Of a stretch of 64,000 nt of DNA, positions 42,081 to 54,845 are shown piece after piece. Numbering within the stretch: the stretch's first letter is position 1; the number at the start of each line of letters is the position of its first letter. Made by a program: the position numbers and the translations under genes. Source of the DNA: Eledone cirrhosa (Eukaryota). Where the stretch lies: positions 270,196,001 to 270,260,000 of the forward strand of contig OZ024740.1 in NCBI GenBank assembly GCA_964016885.1, read 5' to 3'. The notes under the pieces were generated by a model. That model was not told the DNA's origin and did no database searches. It worked only from the letters and a program-made list of their open reading frames with translations.

Positions 42081-43685
42081 TTACTTTTGCAATCGAGGTT
42101 GGTGCAGAATTTGTGTTGAGGAATTTTGAGCGTCCTTCATGTTTGGTCTATGTCACTGCAATCAGTCTAAGGAGAGCAACGTCACAGTTTCTATTGGCAG
42201 CCACAACTATACAGAATGGTAAGCATTTCAAACTACATAAATCATTAGAATGCCTACATATACGCAATGCAAAACGAAAAATGTACATGTTTCTACTGTA
42301 GCAAACGTATGGCACCCCCCTCATTTGTACATTTCGCTCAAAGCCGTCATACATTATCTCCGTCATCCCGCAACGACTTCAGTCCCTGAATTGCCAAACA
42401 TCCCACATTATTGTCATAAATTCCATGTGACTCACTTTTGGGCTGCTGACTTCCTTGTCGCATAGTTCGCGTTTGGAGCTTCACCGCGTCAACATCACAC
42501 TTTTACACTCATTCACCTTTCATATGCCATAACATTTTACCGTTTTTACATCCAACAACACATACTTCTTATGGTTAAAAATAAATGTTTTTTTTTTGGG
42601 GGGGGGGGTTCGTGCTACGTTGGTTTCTCTTTAAAAAAATTATTTACTAATGGTAGACTTACACCCGAGCAACGCCGGGTATGGCTGCTACTATATATAT
42701 ATATATATGCAGGGCGGTATTTTGATACAGACACCCAGGTTGACGTAACCATTTAACCTTCAATATAACACCCACCAGTCATTGCTGTTGTTTTAGTCTA
42801 GGGAAGATCTGATTTAAAAACTTTTTTCGATGAAAGTTGTTGCAGCAGTAACCATCCTGTAATTTATGTTGATACTGACACTGTGTATCCAGGACGATAA
42901 CATCCAATGTGAGCTTCCCATTAAAAAGACAAAAGGGTTAAGTGTAATTTCAGAGATGCGGCAATGATATCTAGCCGGTAACGCTTCTAAGTACAATGGT
43001 TTTGTTCGTTTTTTTTACATTGAATTAAAGTGTCATTAAATATATAACGTGATGGATCAATAAATCGATATATTCAACAGGTGGCTCTTCAATCTACTAC
43101 ATTGTCTGAAGTCGGTAAATGAATAAAGCAATAGCTGTCTGGTAAGCTACCATACAATAATAAATATGAGCGCCTTTAAACAATAACTGTTGCTTTACTA
43201 AAACTAATTAATTGTGTCTAGTTCAGTGTATTTTAAGTAAATACATATTAAGTATACCAGTTAACAGAGAGCCAGTGTACTAATGAAAGCAGTCAATAAA
43301 AGCAATGAGATTAGCAAATTAATCAATGAGAACCGAGAACACAATAATATTTAACTCTAACTCGATATTATCTATGGACTAACTAATGAAACACATAGCC
43401 ATAGCCACACAAACGCATAAACAAATGCATACAAAATAAACAACTTGCAATCTCGCCCGTGTTTCAAATTTGAGCCCTGAGATTATATATAAAGAACTAG
43501 CGGAGCTACCCGGCTTCGCTCAGTGTTAAAAAGCTTATTTAGAAAAGAATAATATTAACATTTTAATCGTTATTTAAAAACTTCTGGAATTTAGTTTCTA
43601 TTTTTTAGATTTTAACATTTATCTTTAAATGACTGAATGACTGACGAATTTAAAGAAAATTCGTTATAAGAACATTTAATTTGTT

Positions 43686-46600
43686 TTACTGAAGTGCTTT
43701 TGGATACACAATGTTTTTTGTTTTTCCTTCTGGTGCGTACACGAATAAATCAGAAGGTTTACCGACGCGTGAGCAAGCCACATACAGCTGTCCATGTGAG
43801 AAGCATGGATTTTCTAAATTTAGTCCACACACTTGTAGCGATTGTCCTTGTGCTTTGTTGATAGTCATTGCAAAGGCGAGTCGCACCGGAAACTACAAAC
43901 GTTTGAAATCGAATGGCGTATCTGTTGGAATGATTGGGATGCGTGGCAAGAGTACATCTTCTCCTTTAAATTTTCCATTTAAAATTGTAGCCTCGATGAT
44001 ATTGTTCATCGTCTTTTTCACTGAAAGTCTGGTACCGTTGCAAAGTTGTTTCGGAGAAGGATGATAGGCACGCCAATTTTCAATGTTAAAATGTGCGGTG
44101 GCATGCCTGGCAAATCAAGTGAATTCAAGAATTCAATTGGATAATTGATAATTTCGTCTTGATTCATTACAGTATCGATGGACTTATACGTTGTCGCTTC
44201 GCCTGGTATTTCGTTTTGAATGCTGAAATTAATGGCATTAACATCGGTGTTTTTGGCTACTAATATAGCACGTACACTGAGCCACTGATGATTTTTGTAA
44301 TGCTGCGCAATATTTGGGAACACTTTGTGAATCAGTTCGTCTCTGGTTGCCGTGATTCTACAGAAGTTTGTTGGCAATGTGATACATTTTGTGGAATCAT
44401 CGATTACCATTTTCCCATTCCCAATATCCAGCAATTGTTTTGTGAAACGTTCAGCGGATGCGTCATTTTGTAGTTGTACACGCATATTGTTTTTTAAAGT
44501 TAATTTCTGTACGTGTCGCCATAAAACTGATGATTTGAGACATGCATTAAGCTCATCAGCGGGTGTTGATCGCGGTATAGCTGGTAGAGTTTGTCGAAAA
44601 TCACCAGACAATAAAATGAGTGTGCCACCGAAGAGCTGTTCATTTCCTTTCAAATCTTTTAGCGTATTATTAAGCGCTTCCAATGATTTTTTGTGCGCCA
44701 TAGTACATTCGTCCCATATAATGATTTTACATGATTGGAGTACTTTACCTATACCAGAATTTTTGGTAATATTGCATGTTGATATCTCAGCGATTTGCAT
44801 ATTCAATGGCAATTTCAGGGCTGAATGTGCTGTTCGGCCACCATCTAAAAGAGTTGCCGCACTTCCAGATGATGCGATTGCCAGTGCAATATTATTTTCT
44901 GATCGTATAGTTGCCAAAATAAGTGAAATGAGAAAAGTTTTGCCTGTACCACCGGGCGCATCTATAAAATACAATCCGCCGCTTTGACTTATAATTGCCG
45001 GCATAATTTCAAGGTGCACCGCCAAATGAACAACTGTTGGATGTGGATGATGGATTGGAAATGATAAAATGCGCCATACTGCTTCATTACTACTAATGTA
45101 GCGTCCTAGTTGGTATTGGTCGATTTCATCGATAGGTGTAGTTGCATTGCACACTCCAAAGACTGCCATATCGCTTCCTTTGTTGATATATTTGCAAATG
45201 TACTTGATCGCTTTCACCGAATTGCAATACTCGACATTGATGTGTGCTTTGAACGTCTTCGAGAGTAACGGTGGATATGGTACAATCCAACGATTATTGA
45301 CTTCAACATAATTGTTTCGTACTTTTAAAGTGATGGATTTGCCGCCATCTTCAGTTGCTCGTCGACGATAGAATGGATATCCGTCATTGCCAGTGATAGT
45401 GTCGGCAAGTAAGTCTTTTGGGTATTGCTTCGTGCATTTCCCATCAGACATGCATGGTGAATTGTTGTTGAGTAAGCCACATGGACCATGAATCATGTTT
45501 TTAGTGATGACTTCAAATAAGTCTGGATCAACGTTGACATCTGGTATTTCTGCTGAGATGATTTGATCAATTAGATCTGGTGTGAGTTTTTCAATCAACC
45601 AAATCAAAATGTGTGCATGTGGCAATCCTCTTTTTTGCCATTCAATGGAATACATCCAACAGCGTGTCTCTCCAAAAACATGATGCTTGACAATGAAATC
45701 GATTAAAGATTTCAATTTTTGTTTGAACACACGCGCTGTAATATCATGACGATCCGAAGATGATTGACCAGGTAACAAAAGTTCTTTAATTTCATCCCAC
45801 GTAGGATTGCATGTGAATGTAATGAACAAATCTGAACGGCCATATGCGCGAACATATGTCATTGCATCTTGTGCGTATTCATGCATGTGCCGTGGACTCC
45901 CTGTAAATGTAGCCGGCAGTATGACCATTTTCCCCAATTCATTAGGATTCATATTGCCATCATTAAGAATGGCATCACGTAAATGAATGTACTCTTCTGA
46001 ACGTAGCTTGGTTTGATTCAATCGAACGTAGAGAAGTCGTTCGGTTTCGATTTTTGCATACATATCGACAATGTATTGATGGAACAATTGTCGACATTTC
46101 AAAATATGATTTTCACCGTTTTCACGAATCATTAATCTATATGAATAATAATTCATGGCACTGAGTTTCTTATTCGTTTCCTCATCTGTTTCTGGATTTC
46201 TCAGTTTGATGTTGAAATGATATCCATCTTCTCCTTGCCAAAATAAAATTGGATATTGCAATCCATCGTATGACCGATGCGTTTCTGAGACTCGCTGAAC
46301 ATCACCATTTCTGCGGTGAAGAATTATATCACGCGAGTTAATTTCTTCACCTACTATAACGATCGCCACTTCATCAATTGTTGGTGCATTCTACTGTCTT
46401 TGATGTTGGCCAACAGGTGTTTTGTCTGCTCTAACTACAATTGTGTAGTCATCATTTGGCATTTGTTCCAGGGCAGCTCTGAACAATCTAATTAATTTGT
46501 TGTGATGATTGAATAAAGTTTGTAATGCAGTAACAATTTCTCGTTTAGTTCCCCTATTGAATTTGCAACGTTGATCTATTTGGTCATCAGTGTTTCCCAT

Positions 46601-48607
46601 GAAATAAATTTGAAGAAATTTGTGATCTGCGTCCGGCAGTGGTAGTAGTGATCCAGCACGATGATAAATTTGCCCTTGCACTTTGAATGTTGGCATGTAA
46701 TTCTCGCGCACGATATTTGTTGCACCGAACGATGTCATTTGGAAACATGAATTGTACTTGCGTATGTTTGCCAAGAAATGTTTAGATTCGCTTGTGTCAC
46801 CTGATACTAACGTTGATAATGGTTCAGGTGGTGGATGTAATTCTGGCAATTTCACTTTTCCACCCGAGCAGCACATTCCTGGTGTTTCATTTTTAAATTT
46901 GAGGGCACCACAATACCCGCATAATTTATCCATTTTTCCAATAATCACACTTGGATGAAGACTGTAATCACAATTTGAATCGTAATGAAATGCACCAAGA
47001 TTGAAATCATCGTGCAGTATTCTTCTTGTGAGAGCATTGCGTAGTCGATTCGTTTCCACTCTTGCTTTCCGTTGCTCGTCTGTTTCAGATGAACGGGCTT
47101 GAGCAGTTGTTACTCGAACGGTTTCCACTCTTGCTTCCCATTGCTCGTCTGTTTCAGATGAACGGGCTTGAGCAGTTGTTACTCGAACGGTTTCCACTCT
47201 TGCTTTCCGTTGCTCGTCTGTTTCAGATGAACGGGCTTGAGCAGTTCTTACTCGAACGGTTTGCAATCTTGCTTCCCGTTGCTCGTATGTTTCAGATGAA
47301 CGGGCTTGAGCAGTTCTTACTCGAACGGTTTGCAATCTTGCTTCCCGTTGCTCGTATGTTTCAGATGAACGGGCTTGAGCAGTTCTTACTCGAACGGTTT
47401 GCAATCTTGCTTCCCGTTGCTCGTATGTTTCAGATGAACGGGCTTGAGCAGTTCTTACTCGAACGGTTTGCAATCTTGCTTCCCGTTGCTCGTATGTTTC
47501 AGATGAACGGGCTTGAGCAGTTCTTACTCGAACGGTTTGCAATCTTGCTTCCCGTTGCTCGTATGTTTCAGATGAACGGGCTTGAGCAGTTCTTACTCGA
47601 ACGGTTTGCAATCTTGCTTCCCGTTGCTCGTATGTTTCAGATGAACGAGCTTGAGCAGTTCTTACTCGAACGGTTTGCAATCTTGCTTCCCGTTGCTCGT
47701 ATGTTTCAGATGAACGGGCTTGAGCAGTTGTTACTCGAACGGTTTGGAATCTTGCTTCCCGTTGCTCGTATGTTTCAGATGAACGGGCTTGAGCAGTTCT
47801 TACTCGAACGGTTTGCAATCTTGCTTCCCGTTGCTCGTATGTTTCAGATGAACGGGCTTGAGCAGTTCTTACTCGAACGGTTTGCAATCTTGCTTCCCGT
47901 TGCTCGTATGTTTCAGATGAACGGGCTTGAGCAGTTGTTACTCGAACGGTTTGGAATCTTGCTTCCCGTTGCTCGTCTGTTTCAGATGAACGGGCTTGAG
48001 CAGTTCTTACTCGAACGGTTTGCAATCTTGCTTCCCGTTGCTCGTATGTTTCAGATGAACGGGCTTGAGCAGTTCTTACTCGAACGGTTTGCAATCTTGC
48101 TTCCCGTTGCTCGTATGTTTCAGATGAACGGGCTTGAGCAGTTCTTACTCGAACGGTTTGCCATCTTGCTTCCCGTTGCTCGTATGTTTCAGATGAACGG
48201 GCTTGAGCAGTTCTTACTCGAACGGTTTGCAATCTTGCTTCCCGTTGCTCGTATGTTTCAGATGAACGGGCTTGAGCAGTTCTTACTCGAACGGTTTGCA
48301 ATCTTGCTTCCCGTTGCTCGTATGTTTCAGATGAACGGGCTTGAGCAGTTCTTACTCGAACGGTTTGCCATCTTGCTTCCCGTTGCTCGTCTGTTTCAGA
48401 TGAACGGGCTTGAGCAGTTGTTACTCGAACGGTTTGCAATCTTGCTTTCCGTTGCTCATCTGTTTCAGATGAACGGGCTTGAGCAGTTCTTACTCGAACG
48501 GTTTCCAATCGTGATTCCCGTTGCTCGTATGTTTCTGAAGCTCGTAATGCATATTTTTTCGTTGCTTGAGGGGTAGATTGACCAATCGCTCGTCGTTTGG
48601 GAGGCAT
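43686..48607 (-). pseudogene. Helitron RepHel: STPR-like array, zinc finger, HUH Rep, PIF1-like helicase; inactivated
   Basis: CGYCGALKFKNETPGMCCSGGKV, EWQKRGLPHAHIL, KYICKYINKG, DAPGGTGKT, WDECTMAH, AMTINKAQGQS, HGQLYVACSRV. Lesions: in-frame TAG at 46391-46393 inside RQ(Y)NAPT, linker deletion near 45008, frameshift near 44050, stop near 43895. Confidence 0.93.
47051..48535 (-). repeat. Coding tandem repeat: 21 full and 1 partial 69-bp unit (consensus ETYEQREARLQTVRVRTAQARSS)
   Basis: The gatgaacg motif recurs every 69 bp from 47088 to 48468. The reading frame is uninterrupted. Confidence 0.97.
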
Positions 48608-50334
48608 AATTGAATAGAAAATATTTTATCACAATCACTCTACCGAAATGAGAAGTAGTGTGAAATACGTATGAAGAACTCAATGTAATCGAAATGTAGA
48701 AGGAGTCATAACCAATATGTATGTGTTGATTGATGATATAAACAATTGTAAAAACAGAGTGAAAATAATACAAATTATTCAGACAAAATAACACGTACCT
48801 CAGTCCTTCATCAGAAAATTACAGTATATAAGGAAAATGGATCATGGTATTATAAGTGATCATTGTTTATGTGGTAGGGTAATAAAACTAAAAATATAAA
48901 ACCAAAGTATGAAGAAATAAGTAGTAACTTCTATAGAGATAAAGGTAGGGAAGGTAAGCTGCTGGTGTAAGTCCAGGTCAGGAAAATAAGGACAGACGAA
49001 ATGAAGATATCAAATTACAGCAGTTAGTGGCTATAAGATAGCTAGAGTAGAAATTCTAGTGATTGGCTATAAGATAGCTAGAGTAGAAATTCTAGTGATA
49101 ATAGTGGAAGAGAGATATAATATTTTAAGAATATTAAAACACCAAGGTATTATAATATTTTAAGAATATCAAAACACCAAGGTATTAAAAAGGAAACCCA
49201 GAAACGGTATATGGAGAAATGAGGAAAAACAGGAAAAAACTCTATATAGATACATAGACTAAAAGAAAAGGATGAAGAAATAAGTAGTAACTTCTATAGA
49301 GATAAAGGTAGGGAAGATAAGCTGTTGGTTTATGTCCAGGTCAGGAAAATAAGGACAGACGAAATGAAGATATCAAATTACAGCACTTAGTTAAGGGCTA
49401 GCTGAAAAAGAATTCCCTGTAATGGGAGTGGAAGGGAAGTAATGTGAAACAGACACTATACTAATTCTATTGAAATTATATTAAATTAAAGAGAGAATTT
49501 ACTAATTCTATTGAAATTATATTAAATTAAAGAGAGAATACTAATTCTATTCACACTCGCTCTTTCACTCACTCTTTGTCTATACGTTGATTTCTCTTTC
49601 TCCGTTTATAGCACTCTCTCTTTGTCTATACGTTGCTCTTTCACTCTCTCTTTGTCTATACGTTGATTTCTCTTTCTCCGTTTATAACTTTAGAGACAGT
49701 CTAACATAGGGAGTGGTTCAAAGCAGCCAGACTACTCGCTCTTTCACTCTCTGTTTGTCTATACGTTGATTTCTCTTTCTACGTTTATATCTTTGGACAA
49801 ACAAACAAACATACATTCATTTTTATATATATAGATATATATTATAGTAGATGTATATATGAGGGCATGTACGATATGGTTGTTTATAATAGACATGGTT
49901 TGCTTGCTATGAATTCTTCCTTAAGCTGCGATCATGTTTCGGCTATATTAGTAGCAATGAAATTGCCAGACCGCTGCTTCGGAATGTTATACATCATCAG
50001 TGGTATTGACTCACTCGATACTGAGACGAGAATAGGGTAAAGCAGATATGGATTTTGCGTCAGAAACATCAGTAGGAGATGCTCATTTCAATATAGTGCA
50101 AATTTGACAGGTTAGGATTTATTAGAAGTGGCACTAAGATGTGTTTCATAAGCATATGAAAGCATGTATAAAATATTTATTCATAATAATCATACCAGTC
50201 GCACTATAAATGTTTTCTTGTTACAGCTATCTCAGTAGCTATACTAGTGCCTCTTCTAGTATGCACTATGCTATGCATTGGATAGTCTGCGAAAACTGAG
50301 GCACTCCTTCTCTCAAAGATGCCAGCACAGTGCA

Positions 50335-50926
50335 TTCTACGTGTGAATGAAGTTCAACTGAAGCAGGTGCAGAATTTCAAGTATCTCGGGGCCGTGTTCA
50401 TGAGTGTTGGAAGGCAGGATGTTGAATTAAGTGCAAGAATTGCAGAAGCTGGTGCAGTATTGCAAAGGTTTCAGCATTAGGTAATCAGAAAAAAGGAGGT
50501 AGGTGTAAAAGCCAAACCCTCTATCTTCAATTCGTTATTCATGCCAACTCTTACCAATGGTCATGAATCTTGGGTAATGACCGAAAGAATACGATGGCGA
50601 ATACAAGCGGCCGACATGGGGTTCCTCTGACTGGGTCTTTGGAGTAATGTTACTCGATACAGTGCGTAGCTCCGAGATCAGTGAGTCACTCCAGGTAGAA
50701 TCGCTCGTTTTCCGAATTGAGAGATCGCAGCTCCGATACTATGGACATGTGGTGACAGTGTCCCAGGAAAGTATCGCTGGACAGATTTTACAGGAAAAAC
50801 CAACTGGCAGGAAATCTAGGAGTAGACCCCGAGCAAGATATTTGGATAACATCCACGGGCCCGGCTGATCTCGCTTGAGGATCAGACCGGATCAGTTGGA
50901 GACGGTCTCTTCTGACAGGACCCTCT
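50335..50926 (+). mobile_element. RTE-clade LINE 3' fragment, related to 22908-23207, with (GAA)n tail
   Basis: NFKYLGAVF, PTLTNGHESWVMTERI, RSQLRYYGHV, GRKSRSRPR. Confidence 0.8.
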
Positions 50927-51201
<275 letters not shown>

Positions 51202-54200
51202 TAACTGACACAGTAGAAATGTAAGATTTTCGAATTATTTAAAAGGAAAACTATTTTCAGATTTGAATGTGAGAAATGAACTCTCGATTGTTTTAGACAA
51301 GAGAAAATATGTATGCATCTGACAGTCACTCACTGTGACTCATTCAAAACACTCTATCGAAAACAAGTAAAAAGGCAAGCCTTAACACATAAGCCCAACA
51401 CAGGTGTAAAGGAATTAGCAGCATGTTTACAATTGAAAGATGGAAGGAAATCCCTAAGGAGATGACAACTCGACGTCGCCAATATGACAGACAAATGATG
51501 TTTTGTGCATATCTGAAACGCATTTTCTCCAGCTTAGCGAAAGGAAAATAAAGTGAAATGAGTAAAATCATAGAAGCTATCATATTCAAAGTTACACACG
51601 TGCCAAGATTAATACAATACAATACTATCATATATGCAAACCTTTGTACAAAATGACATAATTCAACAGAGTAAAATCTTACCCATCAATTAGAACACTA
51701 TGGTACAGAAATAAAACTGGACATCTGTTTGACGTTGCATGAAGATATGAGAAGTACAACTATACTAGAAAAACTAAGCGGAATATCCAACCACTCCAGC
51801 ATAAAACGCTACAGGATCAATGGCTCAGGAAACACCGGAAACATAGACGACGACACTGAGCCCTTTCCACATTACTTAACAAAATCCTTTACCTCTCAAC
51901 ATTTTCATAATTTAGTAATATTCAAGTGTTGGTGTAGCGCATGCACCCTTCACAAAAGGCCTGCACAAGTTGATATCACCTCAAAACGATATGACCATTT
52001 CGTGTGTTAAATGTAAAGTTAGTGTTGCATAACATTTGAAATCATTTAACAAATCACTATAAGCAAAGCCTAAAACGTCTTTCCTTACTGTGTAATCTTA
52101 TACTCTCCCAACTATTAATATATTGTAGTCTATATAATGTTATTTTATTAATTTTTAGTGTTGATCGTTAAAATATAGAAAGATATATGAGTAGAGAACT
52201 AAATAGATAAACAAACAACTTTAAAGGAGAGGGTTAAGTCAATTTTCGTTTATTAAGAAGAATAAATTTAAATGATAATGAAAACATGAACGACGCCTCT
52301 ATTTGACTGCTTCTAAACAAACATGGCGATAATAATATTATTGAAAAATTGTGAGGTGAAAATAACTTAGAACAATAATCGACCAAATTAACTCAAATGA
52401 ATTATTTGTTTGTTTTCTGTTTAAGATAAAAGAAATATAGTTCGCTATCTAACAAACTTATAAATAAAACATGAAACAAGCAATGAAAATCTATGTACAT
52501 CAAATGTTTGCTTGCACGCTCCAGTGAACCAATTGAAGCCACTTACTCTCAATTTCCCTTTAATGTTCCTTTGGAGGATAATAATTTTGTTTACATTACA
52601 AAAATATTCCAGTTTAGACTTAGATAGAATTAACCGTTGTTATTGTCAAGAATGTATAAGAGAATTCGAATGTGTTGTTTCCAGTTATGCTAATAATAAT
52701 AATTTAATATGATTCCACTTCGATTTTAAAATTTCGTCAAGCCAATATGTAATAAACGTTGTGTCTATCCAGCATATCCAGTATTTAAATAATTAGCTGC
52801 TTAAGTTATATTGAAGGCAACTTCAATTACATGCAAGATGTCATTTGCTTTAACTATATACTTGTCTAAAAGTTATCAAATGCCGTCGCATTGAGCCATG
52901 ACACATCAGGGAATAAAACCATCAAAATAAAGCAATGTTCTCATCAAAGTTTCAGGTAGTGCCGTGGTAAATTGCACTCATCATGAAATACCCTTAAAAA
53001 GATTAAAAATAATTTGAAAATATCTATTTCGACAAAATAAAAACACTATTTTAGTAATAATGCATAAAAAAAATATTTCCTCACTTTTTAACATGGAAGC
53101 TAGCTTTATTATAATGGACTTCTGTGACGGTAGCTTGATGGAATTTACAGGAGTGTATACGCAACCAATAGTAGACACTCTGAAATTGGCAAACAAGAGA
53201 TCTAACAAACGATTAAACAAACTATCAAACAAGAGATCAAAGAAATCATGTTATTTTTTTTCTCTATGATCGTCTACTCTTAAACATCGTTTTAGTCATT
53301 TAATTATCTAATGATTCTGAGTAAACTATTTTAAGTCATTTGATGCTTTTTAGTTTCATTTTACCCGGATCCTGGAGAATTATATATCTTGAGACACATT
53401 TTCGAATGGGTCTTTCTTTTTATAAAACAGGATGGTGTAATTGTTGGGGAGACTGGTTCTTATTTCTAGTAGGTGGGTGGACTAACTACATAGAATTCCC
53501 GTCTTTTCTACATTAAGCCAGAATATATAGGTTTTTTTTGTGTGCATTTGAAAATTTATTACCTTTTAGGTAAGTAAAATATTAATCCTACATATATGCT
53601 ATGTGTGAAATATTACCACCTTCTAAAAAACTTCGGTTTCAATTGAGCATTTTAAAGCAGAAGAAATATTGAATGACCCTTTGTATATCAAAAGGCCTAC
53701 CAAGGGAGAATGACGCTTAGTGTAATCTCGTTATAATCACAACACGGCAATTCTTTTTTTCAATTTCCTTGAAACGGCTCATTACTTTTCCAGTTTTAAA
53801 GCTCTTATCATTTACCATCTGTGCTGGGAATGCAACTAACATTTCTAATTTTCTCTTCAAATAAGTTCTTTCACCGTAGGAGTTCAAATTTTAACTCACG
53901 AGGACTTTGATCTATTCTCTGTGAAATTCACTTAAACAACTAGTTAAGAAGAGTAGAATATATAATAAAATACTTCTACTTGATACATGTGAAATAGAAA
54001 TAAAAGCAAAAAGTTATCAAAAAAGAGAACACGGTACTAACTATTGACACAGCAGCAATGTCCATGTATCTGCATGGATAGTCATAATGAATTACGTTAA
54101 AAAAATATGCTATTAGAATTAAGTACCATACAAGCACACATAGAAATACAAATATGAAAGCAAATGAAACCCAATAATATATCATATGATTGTTGCGATT

Positions 54201-54845
54201 AGTAAAATATTTACTAAGGATACACTTTGCTATTGAGGAACTTTTAACGGTTCAATTAAGTACAAAATCAATTATACTGGGATACCTTCTCATGGTGATT
54301 CGTGATGAAGATAGACCCGTTAGCTCGAAAGGCCATCATAATTTGCACATCAAATATTATCTAATGCTTGTATGATTATATTATTGAAATATTTATAATA
54401 GATATCATTTATGATTTTCTATCTTTATTAGTTTCGTAAATATATTAAGAGCATTGCATTAATGGCCAAGGAATAAATATGAACATAATATTTTGAAACA
54501 TTATGATTATATATAATATCGCGTTAACGTAGATAAATATAAATGTTGATAAGACATATCGCATCACAGAAAATTAACTTACTATATCATCATAAGCCGT
54601 TTTATGCACATGGAATGTAAAAGGATTGTTGGAAATTATTGTGATATATATCAAGAGTTCAGATTACAAACATCGATTTGATTTTATATTCCAATTTTCC
54701 AAACATTTAACAACGAGTGGTAATTGTTATTTAAAAGCAGAGTATATTTTCGTTACAATTATTGAAGATTAAAAATGCTGAAACATATTTGCTTGCATAC
54801 ATGAATACATGAATACGTGCATACATACATGCATGCTTACATACA

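Larger units (their letters stand above)
37745..42691 (+). mobile_element. Helitron A (decayed; the 5' boundary is tentative)
   Basis: 3' hairpin acccgagcaacgccgggt followed by ...gCTAC (a variant of CTRR) at 42663-42691. The 5' end (ta)n-aaatgaaaatgtctgtctgt resembles the 5' end of Helitron B. Contains RepHel coding sequence. Confidence 0.7.
43497..49835 (-). mobile_element. Helitron B, both termini present
   Basis: 5' end A|TCTATATATATAAAAATGAATGTATG(TTTG)n at 49835. 3' hairpin actgagcgaagccgggt then ...CTAG|T at 43497. Inserted between A and T with no target-site duplication. Confidence 0.92.

Noticed and set aside
46391-46393. In-frame TAG as possible programmed readthrough
   Set aside because: It replaces a conserved Tyr/Phe codon in a copy that has other inactivating lesions, so a simple nonsense mutation is more parsimonious.
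47051-48535. CRISPR-like regular repeat
   Set aside because: The units are contiguous with no unique spacers, the repeat is protein-coding, and the context is eukaryotic.
47062-48576. 504-aa plus-strand ORF antisense to the STPR array
   Set aside because: It stays open only because the 69-bp unit lacks a stop in that frame. It starts and ends with the array.
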